The notes beneath the pieces are model-generated. The model was not told where the DNA came from, did not search any database, and saw only the letters and a program-made list of their open reading frames with translations. Position numbers and translations under genes: made by a program. Below are positions 1 through 8,942 of a DNA stretch of 41,303 nt, piece by piece (the stretch's first letter is position 1; the number at the start of each line of letters is the position of its first letter). The DNA lies in assembly GCA_965369655.1 (NCBI GenBank), contig CBDUQR010000025.1, forward strand, positions 1 through 41,303, given 5' to 3'. Source of the DNA: an uncultured bacterium (GTDB lineage Bacteria > Zixibacteria > MSB-5A5 > JAABVY01 > JAHJOQ01).

Positions 1-285
1 CTCGAAAGAGCATTATCAAACACTTCACCAACGTTCATGAAATGTTCGGGCTAACATGCCAATTGTTATCAAATATATCCTATTTACGCATCTGTGCAAA
101 AGGATTTTGCGGCAAATCGCGCAAGAAACCGCAAGAAAGCACTGGAGATACGAATTGATTTGGATTAGATTCACGAATCCGCATCAAGGGCTACCGGATT
201 GATTTTACCGGAGACTGAACTAATCGTGATGGATTCTGTATTAGATTGAGAAAATGTAAATTTGACAGGCACCAGGAGGTACTGT

Positions 286-1776
286 ATGCTGCGAGGTTTA
301 TCCGTTCTGATCATCTGCCTGGCATTCGTGTCGTTTGCCGGAGCTGTCGAGTACACTGAGGAATCGTTCGACAGCCTTACGAGCGATGTGTTCGATGATG
401 ACGAGTTGGTGAATATATGCAGGGAGTTCTACGAGAACACTGACGAGATCGATCTTGCCCGCAAAGTACAGAGTCTGTGGGAGGATATGGACGTCGACAA
501 CGTGAGGGAGTATTTCGCAGGGCTGGCAGCAGCGAATCCGGAATCTCCGAAAATCCTCTACATGTATGGGCGCGTGATGGAGAATCCTGTTGAGAAGATC
601 AGGGCTGGCAGGAGGGTGATCGAACTCGATCCGAAGTGGTCATATGGTTATCGCCTGACTCTTGCAACATATGCGAGTCATCTTTTCATGGGCAGGGGCG
701 AGGATGTCGATACGGCTGCCATCGTTGCCGAGTTTCCGTCTGACGGTCACCTGTTTGCAGAATGGATCTCGATAGAACCGGATGATCCTACTGCAAGACA
801 GTTCCTTTACCAATATCAGGTGTACATTGGTCAGTATGATGAAGCTCTTGCCGGATTGCTGAAGGCGCAGGAATTGGATCTGCGCTGGGCGAATCACGGC
901 ACATTCGCAGAGCTATATGTCAGGATGGGTCGTTTCGATGAAGCGCTTGATCATATAGCAGCGGATGCTGAGAGTCTCGTGGGCTCGGGTTCACTTCCAG
1001 CTGTTGGTAAACAACCCTATACTCGCAGAGCCTATGTCAGCGCGCTCCGTGATGCCGGCAAGTATGAAGAAGCGTTCAGGTATGTGTCGATTCTGCCGGG
1101 ACGCGATACCAGCAGCAGCATAGAATATGATCTCGCCTGTCTGCATGCGCTGGCTGGCGACGATGAAAGCGCGATGAAATGCCTTCAGAAGTCTGCGGAG
1201 CTCGGATTTGATAACGTGCGGCACTTGGCAAAAGATGAGGATTTAGTATCGCTGGCGAGTGATTCTCGGTGGGATGGTTTGGTCAAGACCATAGCGGCCA
1301 ACAGGGAAGCCGGCAAGGACGCGCGAAAGACTGAGGCTTTAGCTGAGAAGATCGAACAGGACACACCTGATGGTATCATGGTTGACATCAGCGGCAACGA
1401 AGTATCATTCGCTGATCTTCGCGGAAATGTCGTCGTGCTCGATTTCTGGGCGATATGGTGCGTACCATGCAGGATGGCGATGCCTTTAATCGATGAGTTC
1501 GTGAAGAATCACAAGAAGGATGGCGTGCGGGTGATCTCTCTGAATGTCTGGGAGAAAGGCCGCAAGAAAGCGCGCAAGTTCATGGATGATCATGGCTATG
1601 CGATGGAGCTTCTTTTCGGTAGCAATGAACTGATGCAGGCATTTGGCGTGAGAGGCATCCCGACGATGGTGGTGATCGACAAGAACGGCAAGATTCGTTA
1701 CCAGGAATCAGGCTACCACGAAGGTCTCGTCGATAATCTCATCTGGTGGACCGACGACCTGCTGGCAACGCCGTAG
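286..1776 (+). CDS. Secreted TPR-repeat protein with C-terminal TlpA/ResA-like thioredoxin (redoxin) domain
   Basis: ATG at 286 follows GGAGGT (275-280); signal peptide-like N-terminus; helical TPR-like repeats (e.g. YDLACLHALAGDDESAMKCLQKSAELG); C-terminal VVVLDFWAIWCVPC CxxC motif and GIPT cis-Pro motif. Confidence 0.85.
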   Translation: MLRGLSVLIICLAFVSFAGAVEYTEESFDSLTSDVFDDDELVNICREFYENTDEIDLARKVQSLWEDMDVDNVREYFAGLAAANPESPKILYMYGRVMENPVEKIRAGRRVIELDPKWSYGYRLTLATYASHLFMGRGEDVDTAAIVAEFPSDGHLFAEWISIEPDDPTARQFLYQYQVYIGQYDEALAGLLKAQELDLRWANHGTFAELYVRMGRFDEALDHIAADAESLVGSGSLPAVGKQPYTRRAYVSALRDAGKYEEAFRYVSILPGRDTSSSIEYDLACLHALAGDDESAMKCLQKSAELGFDNVRHLAKDEDLVSLASDSRWDGLVKTIAANREAGKDARKTEALAEKIEQDTPDGIMVDISGNEVSFADLRGNVVVLDFWAIWCVPCRMAMPLIDEFVKNHKKDGVRVISLNVWEKGRKKARKFMDDHGYAMELLFGSNELMQAFGVRGIPTMVVIDKNGKIRYQESGYHEGLVDNLIWWTDDLLATP

Positions 1777-1798
1777 GCTTTATTATAGAACGAACATA

Positions 1799-1832
1799 AA
1801 CCCACCCGACGCATTCGCTTTGGGTGGGCTAC
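1799..1832 (-). repeat. GTAG-type REP-like palindrome
   Basis: Minus strand reads GTAG-CCCACCC-AAAGCGAATGCGTC-GGGTGGG: GTAG tetranucleotide followed by a 7-bp stem. Confidence 0.6.
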
Positions 1833-2009
1833 TGGCTGACGATCTACAACCTTCTCGGACAGAAGGTCGAGACTCTCCTCGACAAGCATCTTGATCTGGG
1901 TATGCACAAGGTGCGCTGGACTGCATCAGGACTCGCGTCCGGTATCTATTTCTACCGCCTTCAGACAGAATCGCGCAGCGAAGTCAGGAAAATGGCACTG
2001 ATGAAATAG
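1833..2009 (+). pseudogene. Orphan C-terminal secretion-sorting (T9SS-type/FlgD-Ig-like) domain fragment
   Basis: LTIYNLLGQKVETLLDKHLDLGMHKVRWTASGLASGIYFYRLQTESRSEVRKMALMK* is a typical C-terminal sorting tail; no N-terminal part, signal peptide or RBS; begins right after the REP. Confidence 0.7.
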
Positions 2010-2041
2010 CTCGATTCGAGCTGGCGGCATGCCACTATGCC

Positions 2042-2701
2042 TTATTGGTAATTTGAAAAAACGGTCACCAGAGTTGTATCGCTCAGTATCGACACGGGCG
2101 ATATTACTTTTTCCTTCAGATTCGGACCCTTGGGGAAATACTGTTTGATCCAGAACTGGACAAGTTCATCGTCCAGATTGAAATCACCGAACAGATCGAA
2201 TCTGCCGAGCTCAACACCTGCACCCCGCTTGAACATCTTGTAGACCAGCTCACTACAGTACAATCTCTCATCGGACCACTCGAAATTGACGTCGTAGTCC
2301 CTGCCCTCGAGCTTGCGATATGCCTTGAGCATCTTCTCGATCACTTGCGGCGTCATGACATCAGTTGCGTTGTGCAGACGCTTGACTGTGAATTTCTCGC
2401 CGACGCCGAAATGTATCCATTCGCTCAACGGCACTCTGCGGACCGGCCCGACCGCCTCGTACACGAACATCGTGTCATTTACGCGAAGCGTCACACCGCA
2501 GTGCGTGATCTTCGATCCGGTCGCAATTTCAATCGCAGGACCGAGTTGGGATTTCGAGGTCTGGAAAACAATATCGCCATTCCTGGGTCGATACTTGAAT
2601 GACTGATCTCGTTGTTCGCTCGCGGCCAGGTTACTCTGGATAACAGCGAGCAGGAGTAAGATCAGCGCCACAATTCCAATTGTCTTCTTGATAAGGATCA
2701 T
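2042..2701 (-). CDS. YiiX/YebB-like permuted papain-like (NlpC/P60 superfamily) enzyme, secreted
   Basis: GDIVFQTS, SKITHCG (His) precedes LYCSELVY (Cys), the permuted order; signal peptide; GAGG upstream. Confidence 0.85.
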   Translation of the reverse strand: MILIKKTIGIVALILLLLAVIQSNLAASEQRDQSFKYRPRNGDIVFQTSKSQLGPAIEIATGSKITHCGVTLRVNDTMFVYEAVGPVRRVPLSEWIHFGVGEKFTVKRLHNATDVMTPQVIEKMLKAYRKLEGRDYDVNFEWSDERLYCSELVYKMFKRGAGVELGRFDLFGDFNLDDELVQFWIKQYFPKGPNLKEKVISPVSILSDTTLVTVFSNYQ

Positions 2702-2831
2702 TTGTTCACCTCGTAAATCAGACTTCCAGTTCCTTCACTCGATACCAGTACTTATATGCTTCTTCTAAGCCGACGCCCTCGTGATTCCGTGAAACTAATA
2801 ATAGTTTCAGGTTAAGCCACAATTTCGGAAC

Positions 2832-2869
2832 GGCAGAACCACTCCGCTGCGCTTCGGGTTTTGCCCTAC
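2832..2869 (-). repeat. GTAG-type REP-like palindrome
   Basis: Minus strand GTAG-GGCAAAACC-CGAAGCGCAGCGGAGT-GGTTCTGCC, just downstream of the lpxA stop. Confidence 0.6.
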
Positions 2870-2877
2870 TCAGATAA

Positions 2878-3660
2878 TCACTTTATCACGCCGCGTTCGG
2901 AGGATTCGAAGAATTCTTTGATTTCGATCAGTTCGGGAATCATTTCCATTTCATTCTCGATCTGATCGAATGCCTGCGATGTGTTCAGCTTGCTGCGAAA
3001 GAGAATCTTGAAGGCTTTGCGAAGTGATTTGACGACTTCATCGGAGAAGCCTCGACGTGTCAGCCCGACATGGTTGACATCGATGACTCGGAGTGGATAA
3101 CCGCCCACGAGCGAGTACGGGCAGACATCCTGCTGTACTCTGAACCCACCCCCTATGATCGCATGTCTGCCGATCTTGACGAACTGGTGTACCGGCACGA
3201 TGCCGCCGACAATCGCCCAGTCCTGAATCGTCACATGTCCGGCCAGATTGACCGAATTGGCCAGGATCACGCGGTCACCGATTATGCAGTCATGCGCGAC
3301 ATGAGCGTACGCCATCACAAGAACGTTCGACCCGACCGTTGTTTTCCATTTGTCTGTCGTGCCACGGTTCACTGTGCAGTATTCTCTCAGGACAGTGTTG
3401 TCGCCGATCTCGGCCGTTGTCACTTCACCCTCGAATTTGAGGTCCTGAGGAAGCGTCGAGATAGCTGCCCCGTGGTGGATATTGACATTCTTTCCGATGC
3501 GCGCGCCTGACGCGATCAGCGCATGTGACGCTATCTTAGTGCCATCGCCAATTGTGACGTTGGATTCGATGATCGAAAAGGGACCGACCGTGACACCCTC
3601 GCCCAGTTGAGCGCCGGGATCGACGATCGCTGTAGAATGTATCTCAGTTGTCGGCATCAT
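2878..3660 (-). CDS. lpxA: Acyl-ACP--UDP-N-acetylglucosamine O-acyltransferase
   Basis: Hexapeptide repeats, PQDLKF, IRE-like LREYCTVNRGT, AHVAHDC, LAGHV, VHQF motifs; overlaps the end of lpxC-fabZ. Start 3660 or 3657. Confidence 0.97.
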   Translation of the reverse strand: MMPTTEIHSTAIVDPGAQLGEGVTVGPFSIIESNVTIGDGTKIASHALIASGARIGKNVNIHHGAAISTLPQDLKFEGEVTTAEIGDNTVLREYCTVNRGTTDKWKTTVGSNVLVMAYAHVAHDCIIGDRVILANSVNLAGHVTIQDWAIVGGIVPVHQFVKIGRHAIIGGGFRVQQDVCPYSLVGGYPLRVIDVNHVGLTRRGFSDEVVKSLRKAFKILFRSKLNTSQAFDQIENEMEMIPELIEIKEFFESSERGVIK

Positions 3661-5059
3661 GATCCTTGTCTACGATAGCGGCCATCAGCATTGCTTCTGT
3701 AACGAGTTGACCGTCCACGTATGCTTTGCCGGACATTTTGCAAATATTCCGGCGAAACGAAACGAACTCGACATCGAATGTTATCTGGTCGCCCGGTATC
3801 ACAGGCTTCCTGAACTTGACCTTGTCAATACCCATGAAGTAGACGAGCTTGTCTTTGGGTCTGCCGACTGTTTCGAGGAGCAGGAATCCTCCGGCCTGCG
3901 CCATCGCTTCAACTATCAGCACTCCGGGCATTATCGGGTGGCCGGGGAAGTGTCCCTGGAAAAACGGCTCGTTTATGGTGACATTTTTCAGGGCGCTGAC
4001 TCGCTTCTCCGGCTCGAGGTCGAGAATCCTGTCGATCAGCAGGAATGGATACCTGTGCGGCAGGATGTTCAGAATAGCGCTGATATCGAGAAGATAGCCC
4101 TGCTGCAGTCCATTGTTCCCGTATTTTTTCGACAGAAGCTGCTTTTCGTACATCGACCGAATCTTCTTCGCGACCGCGACATTTGCAGCGTGTCCGGATC
4201 GCGCGGCGAGGAAATGAGCTTTGACAGGCACGCCTATCAGCATCATATCGCCTAGCAGGTCGACCGCTTTGTGCCGAACAGGTTCGTTGTAGAACCGAAG
4301 TTTTTTGTTGTCGAGAATGCCACTCTTCTGCAGTTTGACGTCCTTGTCGACATTGAACATTTTCTTGAGACGCTCGAGTTCCGCCTCGTCTATTTCCTTG
4401 TCGATGATGACGATCGCGCTGTCGAGACCGCCTCCCTTGATGATGCCCTGCGATTTCATCATCTCGACTTCCGAGAGGAAACAGAATGTCCGTGCAGGCG
4501 CGAATTCCTCAACAAATTCATCTTTCAGCGAGACCAGTGATGTGTACTGGGTGCCGAGTGCGGGGTTGGCGTAGTCGATCATGAACGTGATGCGCAGGTC
4601 ATCCGATGGCGTCACCACAATATCGACCTTGCGCTCAGGTTCGGAATAGGCGATTGACTCATCGAGGATAAGATATCGCCGATCGGCGTCCTGATCGACG
4701 ATCCCGGCTTCGAGCAACTTGTCAACGAAGGGCTTGACCGAACCATCGAAAACCGGCGGCTCGACATTGTCGAGTTCGCAGGTAAGATTGTCGATCCGGA
4801 GGCCGGATATCGCCGCAAGAACATGCTCGACCGTATGGACTTCGACACCGTTGAGGGCGAGCGTTGTCCCACGGTTCAGATCGGAGACATGATCAACAAT
4901 GGCGGGAATCTCCGGGCAACTTTCAACGTCTGTTCTCTTGAATGTGATCCAGTGGTCGACAGGAGCCGGTCTGAAGGTGATCGTCGATGTACATCCGGTG
5001 TGAAGACCGATGCCCTCAAGAGATACCGGTTTCTCGATTGTGCGCTGTTTCTTATTCAT
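3644..5059 (-). CDS. lpxC-fabZ: Bifunctional UDP-3-O-acyl-GlcNAc deacetylase / 3-hydroxyacyl-ACP dehydratase
   Basis: LpxC motifs [34 protein letters not shown]; FabZ motifs [34 protein letters not shown]. Confidence 0.97.
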   Translation of the reverse strand: MNKKQRTIEKPVSLEGIGLHTGCTSTITFRPAPVDHWITFKRTDVESCPEIPAIVDHVSDLNRGTTLALNGVEVHTVEHVLAAISGLRIDNLTCELDNVEPPVFDGSVKPFVDKLLEAGIVDQDADRRYLILDESIAYSEPERKVDIVVTPSDDLRITFMIDYANPALGTQYTSLVSLKDEFVEEFAPARTFCFLSEVEMMKSQGIIKGGGLDSAIVIIDKEIDEAELERLKKMFNVDKDVKLQKSGILDNKKLRFYNEPVRHKAVDLLGDMMLIGVPVKAHFLAARSGHAANVAVAKKIRSMYEKQLLSKKYGNNGLQQGYLLDISAILNILPHRYPFLLIDRILDLEPEKRVSALKNVTINEPFFQGHFPGHPIMPGVLIVEAMAQAGGFLLLETVGRPKDKLVYFMGIDKVKFRKPVIPGDQITFDVEFVSFRRNICKMSGKAYVDGQLVTEAMLMAAIVDKDHDADN

Positions 5060-5259
5060 ATCAAGTCAGGGCAGAGTATAATACACACTTCGATCTTTGT
5101 AAATCGGTTTTTGAACAGAGGATTGTCACAGCGGTTGACAACCCCGGCCGATTTATGTTCTTTCCGGCCTGATTGATTCGAGACTGCCGTGACACCCCTC
5201 CCGATGGCACGCGGGTTCAGGCGGTCTCACAACGGCAAAACTGATTCCTGGAGGAATAG

Positions 5260-6789
5260 ATGTCACTGGTAATAGGCGAAGGCAGGCTGTGTATAGAAAA
5301 TGTCGTGAATGTTGCAAGACATGGAGAATCGGTGGATCTGTCGGAATCCGCTCTCGAGCGGATCAGACACTGCAGGAGATTCGTCGAGAAGAAAGTCGAA
5401 GAACATGCCATTATGTACGGCATCACGACTGGCATCGGCGAACTCTCCGAAGTGTTTCTCCCGCCGGATCAGATCAAGGAATTCCAGAAGTATATCGTAT
5501 ACAGTCACGCCGCAGGTTATGGCGATCCGGTCGATGCTGAGGTAGCGCGCGCCGCGATACTGTCACGGATCAATGTCCTCTCACAGGGACACTCCGGCTG
5601 CAGGACTGTCATAGTCGAGACGATGCGTGATTTGCTCAACAAGGGCGTGACTCCGGTGATGTGCAAGAGAGGATCGGTCGGCGCATGCGGTGATCTTTCT
5701 CCGATGTCTCAGATGGCGCTGGTGCTAATCGGCGAGGGCGAGGCGTTTTTCAATGGCGAACGCATGCCGGGCAAAGACGCGCTTGCAAAGGCCGGTATCG
5801 AACCCGTGGTGTTCGAGGCTCGCGACGGGCTTGCCTCGATCAATGGATCCAACGTCATCACCGGCATGGCGGCGCTTCAGCTCCATGACTCGCATGTATT
5901 CACGAAGACCGCCGAGATTGCCGCCGCAATGACTCTCGAAGCCCTCAAAGCCAACATGCTCGCGTATGACGAGAGGCTGCACAAGATCAGGGGTTTCAGG
6001 GGCGCAATCGAATGCGCTGAGAATATCAGGAATCTCTCCGCCGACAGCGAGATACTTGCGATGAAAGACAAGAAGGTCCAGGACTCATATTCGATGCGCA
6101 GCACGCCGCAGGTACTCGGTACTGCCAAAGACACATATAGATTTTGCCGCGAGATGATCGAAACCGAGTTGAATGGTGTCGGCGATAATCCGATTTTCTT
6201 CCCGGATGAGGGCGACGGAGTAGTGATAACCGGCGCCAATTTCCAGGGCACGCCGATCGCATTCCCGCTCGAATTCATCGGGATTTCGGTCACGACTATC
6301 GCGGTCATGTCGGAGAGAAGGACCAACAGGCTTCTGAACAAGAATCTCTCTGTCGGGCTGCCTGCCTTCCTGACTGAGGGTGCAGGCATGTTCTCCGGCA
6401 TGATGCTGACTCAGTATACGCAGGGACAGCTAATTTCCGAAAGCCGCGTACTCGCGCATCCTGCTGCGACCGGATCGATACCTGCTGCCGCCGATCAGGA
6501 GGATTTTGTCTCGATGGGGATGACCTCAGCGATCAAGACGCGCCAAATAATTGACAATTCGTGCGCGGTTGTCGGAATCGAACTCCTTTGCGCTGCACAG
6601 GCAGCCGACTTCAGAAAACCACACAAGCTCGGCAAGGGAACCAACGCCGTCTATGAATTGATTAGAGAGTATGTACCATACATGAAGGAAGATCGGCCAT
6701 TGTATAACGATATCAACAAGATGGCCGAGTTGGTCCGCACTGGTAAGATTCTCGAAGCAGCCGAGTCGGCAATTGGTAAATTGAACTGA
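5260..6789 (+). CDS. hutH: Aromatic amino acid ammonia-lyase (HAL/PAL/TAL family), probably histidine ammonia-lyase
   Basis: YGITTGIG, SHAAG, GSVGACGDL (MIO position), INGS, QDSYSMRSTPQ, DNP, QEDFVSMG; GAGGA RBS. Substrate is inferred from the SH motif. Confidence 0.75.
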   Translation: MSLVIGEGRLCIENVVNVARHGESVDLSESALERIRHCRRFVEKKVEEHAIMYGITTGIGELSEVFLPPDQIKEFQKYIVYSHAAGYGDPVDAEVARAAILSRINVLSQGHSGCRTVIVETMRDLLNKGVTPVMCKRGSVGACGDLSPMSQMALVLIGEGEAFFNGERMPGKDALAKAGIEPVVFEARDGLASINGSNVITGMAALQLHDSHVFTKTAEIAAAMTLEALKANMLAYDERLHKIRGFRGAIECAENIRNLSADSEILAMKDKKVQDSYSMRSTPQVLGTAKDTYRFCREMIETELNGVGDNPIFFPDEGDGVVITGANFQGTPIAFPLEFIGISVTTIAVMSERRTNRLLNKNLSVGLPAFLTEGAGMFSGMMLTQYTQGQLISESRVLAHPAATGSIPAAADQEDFVSMGMTSAIKTRQIIDNSCAVVGIELLCAAQAADFRKPHKLGKGTNAVYELIREYVPYMKEDRPLYNDINKMAELVRTGKILEAAESAIGKLN

Positions 6790-6867
6790 TGGATATATTC
6801 TGTGCACGCAGAGGCTGTGCCTCTGCGTATTTCGTCGGGGCATAGCCCCGACAAGCACGAGAGTCCG

Positions 6868-6965
6868 GTCATTGCGAGCGAAGTGTCGAATATCCTGAGT
6901 CACGAAGCGTGGCAATCTCAGTTTCTGCTGAGAGATCGCCACGTCGCCAAGCTTCTCGCGATGAC
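6868..6965. repeat. GTCATTGCGAG-type palindromic miniature repeat
   Basis: GTCATTGCGAG...CGTGGCAATCTC...GAGATCGCCACG...CTCGCGATGAC: terminal and internal inverted repeats. Confidence 0.7.
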
Positions 6966-7000
6966 AACCCACAAAGACCTGATAGGTCTGCGATACGCCA

Positions 7001-8119
7001 ATGAGTACACATGCCGCAAAGACAGCGCTTATCCTCAATTCGCGCCAGTCGAAGCAACCTGTCGGATCCGATCAGTGGGTTGTGAACACTATCGCTGCGA
7101 CGAAGTATGCAGTCGACAACGGCTACGCTCTCATTTGCAGCTACGGCATGAACACATGGGAGTTGCTGACTTATCTGAGTTCGAAACTCTCTGCCAATGC
7201 CGTAGTGCTTGTGCCCGATACACCTGAGACAGAAACCGAGATTATCCCACACCTCATGGAGCAGTACAGGTTCGATAAGGGCAATATCGATTTCCATCGG
7301 GTTCACTCGACGGGGAAATCGAAGAAGTCCTGGTGGATCAATCGTGACGAAACTGCTATCGAACTGAGTGATCTGATCCTGCCTGTCTCGGTCAATCCAT
7401 CCGGCAACCTCTGGGGGATGATTAGCGAAATAGAGGAGTTTGAGTCGCTGTTGGATGAGCGGTTCGCGATCACCCACAAGAAGTCGGCAGTGAAACGATA
7501 TGCGAAGATCGATGCATCGCATCTGCGCATGGAACGATCAACATCATGGAATTACATCACACACTGGACTCGCAGTTTCGATGGTCCCTGGCCGGGTCAG
7601 GATGCTTATGACTATTACGACATGCAGATTGCTCACACGATGGAGTATTCGCACAGCGCGCTCAATACTCTCAGGCATATTCTGAGAACAGGCAGGATAT
7701 GCGGTTCGAGCAATCACATTCGTGGCGGATTCAGAGTCGTATCGTTGACGGATCATCACCCTGTGGATGCTGTGAAGCTGATGAAATGGCGGGCGCGATT
7801 CGTGAGATGGAATTTCGAACCTTATGGGATAGCAATCGATCGTGAAATCGCGAAGACACTCGGCATCAGACCGGTCATCTATGGAATGTCGAGCACATAC
7901 TTGGAATTGCCTGCTGATGACAGGCCGTTTTTTCAGAATGTCGGCGAGAAGGCTGGAGACTGGGAACCGGAACGAGAGTGGCGACATTACGGTGATATCG
8001 ATCTCTCGCTCATTCCTTCGGACAAGATTAAGATCATAGTCAGGAGAGAGAACGAGATAGCGGCAGTGCAGGAACTAACCGCGTCTGAGATTATCGCGCT
8101 GACTGATGAAGATGATTAG
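7001..8119 (+). CDS. Hypothetical protein: DprA/SLOG-like N-terminal domain plus ADP-ribosyltransferase-fold/AbiGi-like C-terminal domain (tentative)
   Basis: 372-aa ORF. N-half RDETAIELSDLILPVSVNPSGNL resembles the SLOG C-terminal motif; C-half has HWTR, VVSLT, EPYGIAI and WEPEREWR. Confidence 0.5.
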   Translation: MSTHAAKTALILNSRQSKQPVGSDQWVVNTIAATKYAVDNGYALICSYGMNTWELLTYLSSKLSANAVVLVPDTPETETEIIPHLMEQYRFDKGNIDFHRVHSTGKSKKSWWINRDETAIELSDLILPVSVNPSGNLWGMISEIEEFESLLDERFAITHKKSAVKRYAKIDASHLRMERSTSWNYITHWTRSFDGPWPGQDAYDYYDMQIAHTMEYSHSALNTLRHILRTGRICGSSNHIRGGFRVVSLTDHHPVDAVKLMKWRARFVRWNFEPYGIAIDREIAKTLGIRPVIYGMSSTYLELPADDRPFFQNVGEKAGDWEPEREWRHYGDIDLSLIPSDKIKIIVRRENEIAAVQELTASEIIALTDEDD

Positions 8120-8120
8120 C

Positions 8121-8823
8121 GTAGGTCAAGCGGCCTGCCTGTCCTGAGCCTGGCGAAGGGTCCGCTTGACATCCTCGCATGTTGCGTCGGGTCTTGACTG
8201 CGATTGGTCGCAGTTGTGACCGGACGCGCAAACCGACTGTCAGGTCACACGCCTTCAGCGCAAGACCTGACAGAACACAAATGTGGCCCGGAAGGATACT
8301 CCGATCCTTGTGCCACGTCAAGCCGTTTGATGGTATTGAAGTTCCATCCTGCAGGTCAGGTTCACTTGTATATCCTGAGCATAGCGAAGGGCCCTGTGCT
8401 GAGTTTGACGAACGGGAGTCCATCTTCTCGACATTCCCGCGTCGGTCGCTGATCCCGATCCTAAGGGAAAGGCGGGACCATCTTCTCGTCATTCCCGCGG
8501 AGGCGGGAATCCATTGAGGCGACATCGTCATGCAATGGGTCCCCGCCTGCGCGGGGACGACAGTCTTCTCGTCATTGCGGCAAATGTCACTTCTCCTGCG
8601 AGTCCGCTTCCGCGAGGAGTGAATCGATCTTTTCCTGATCGCCAGATTCCATAGCCTTGCTCAACGATGTGGCCGGCAGATGTCCACATCTGCCGATGCC
8701 AGCGCAAGATGGGGCAGACCCTTCGAAGCTCAGGACTGGGCTGTCGCTCCTCGTGATGACCAAAAACCCTGCACACGTCATTCCGGCGAAAGCCCTTCGC
8801 TCTGCTCAGGACCCGCCGGAATC
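8121..8823. repeat. Cluster of several palindromic repeat families (REP/REPIN-like mosaic)
   Basis: GTAGGTCAAGCGG...CCGCTTGAC (8121-8170); TGTCAGGTC...GACCTGACA; GTCATTCCCGCGGAGGCGGGAATCCA (8488-8513) paired with TGGGTCCCCGCCTGCGCGGGGACGAC (8536-8561); GTCATTCCGGCG...CGCCGGAATC (8777-8823); several CCCTTCG-n-GCTCAGGAC units. Confidence 0.8.
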
Positions 8824-8942
8824 TATCTTCGGGCTGCGGGTTGCAGATGTCCAAACGAGCTCTGTGTCTTGTGGTTTCACCCAAGATTCTCTTTGCCTAC
8901 CGTCATCAACACTGATAGATTTCCTACGGCTGTGAGGGTTGT

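Noticed and set aside
1-60. Possible start of a minus-strand gene running off the window edge
   Set aside because: Too short to support a call.
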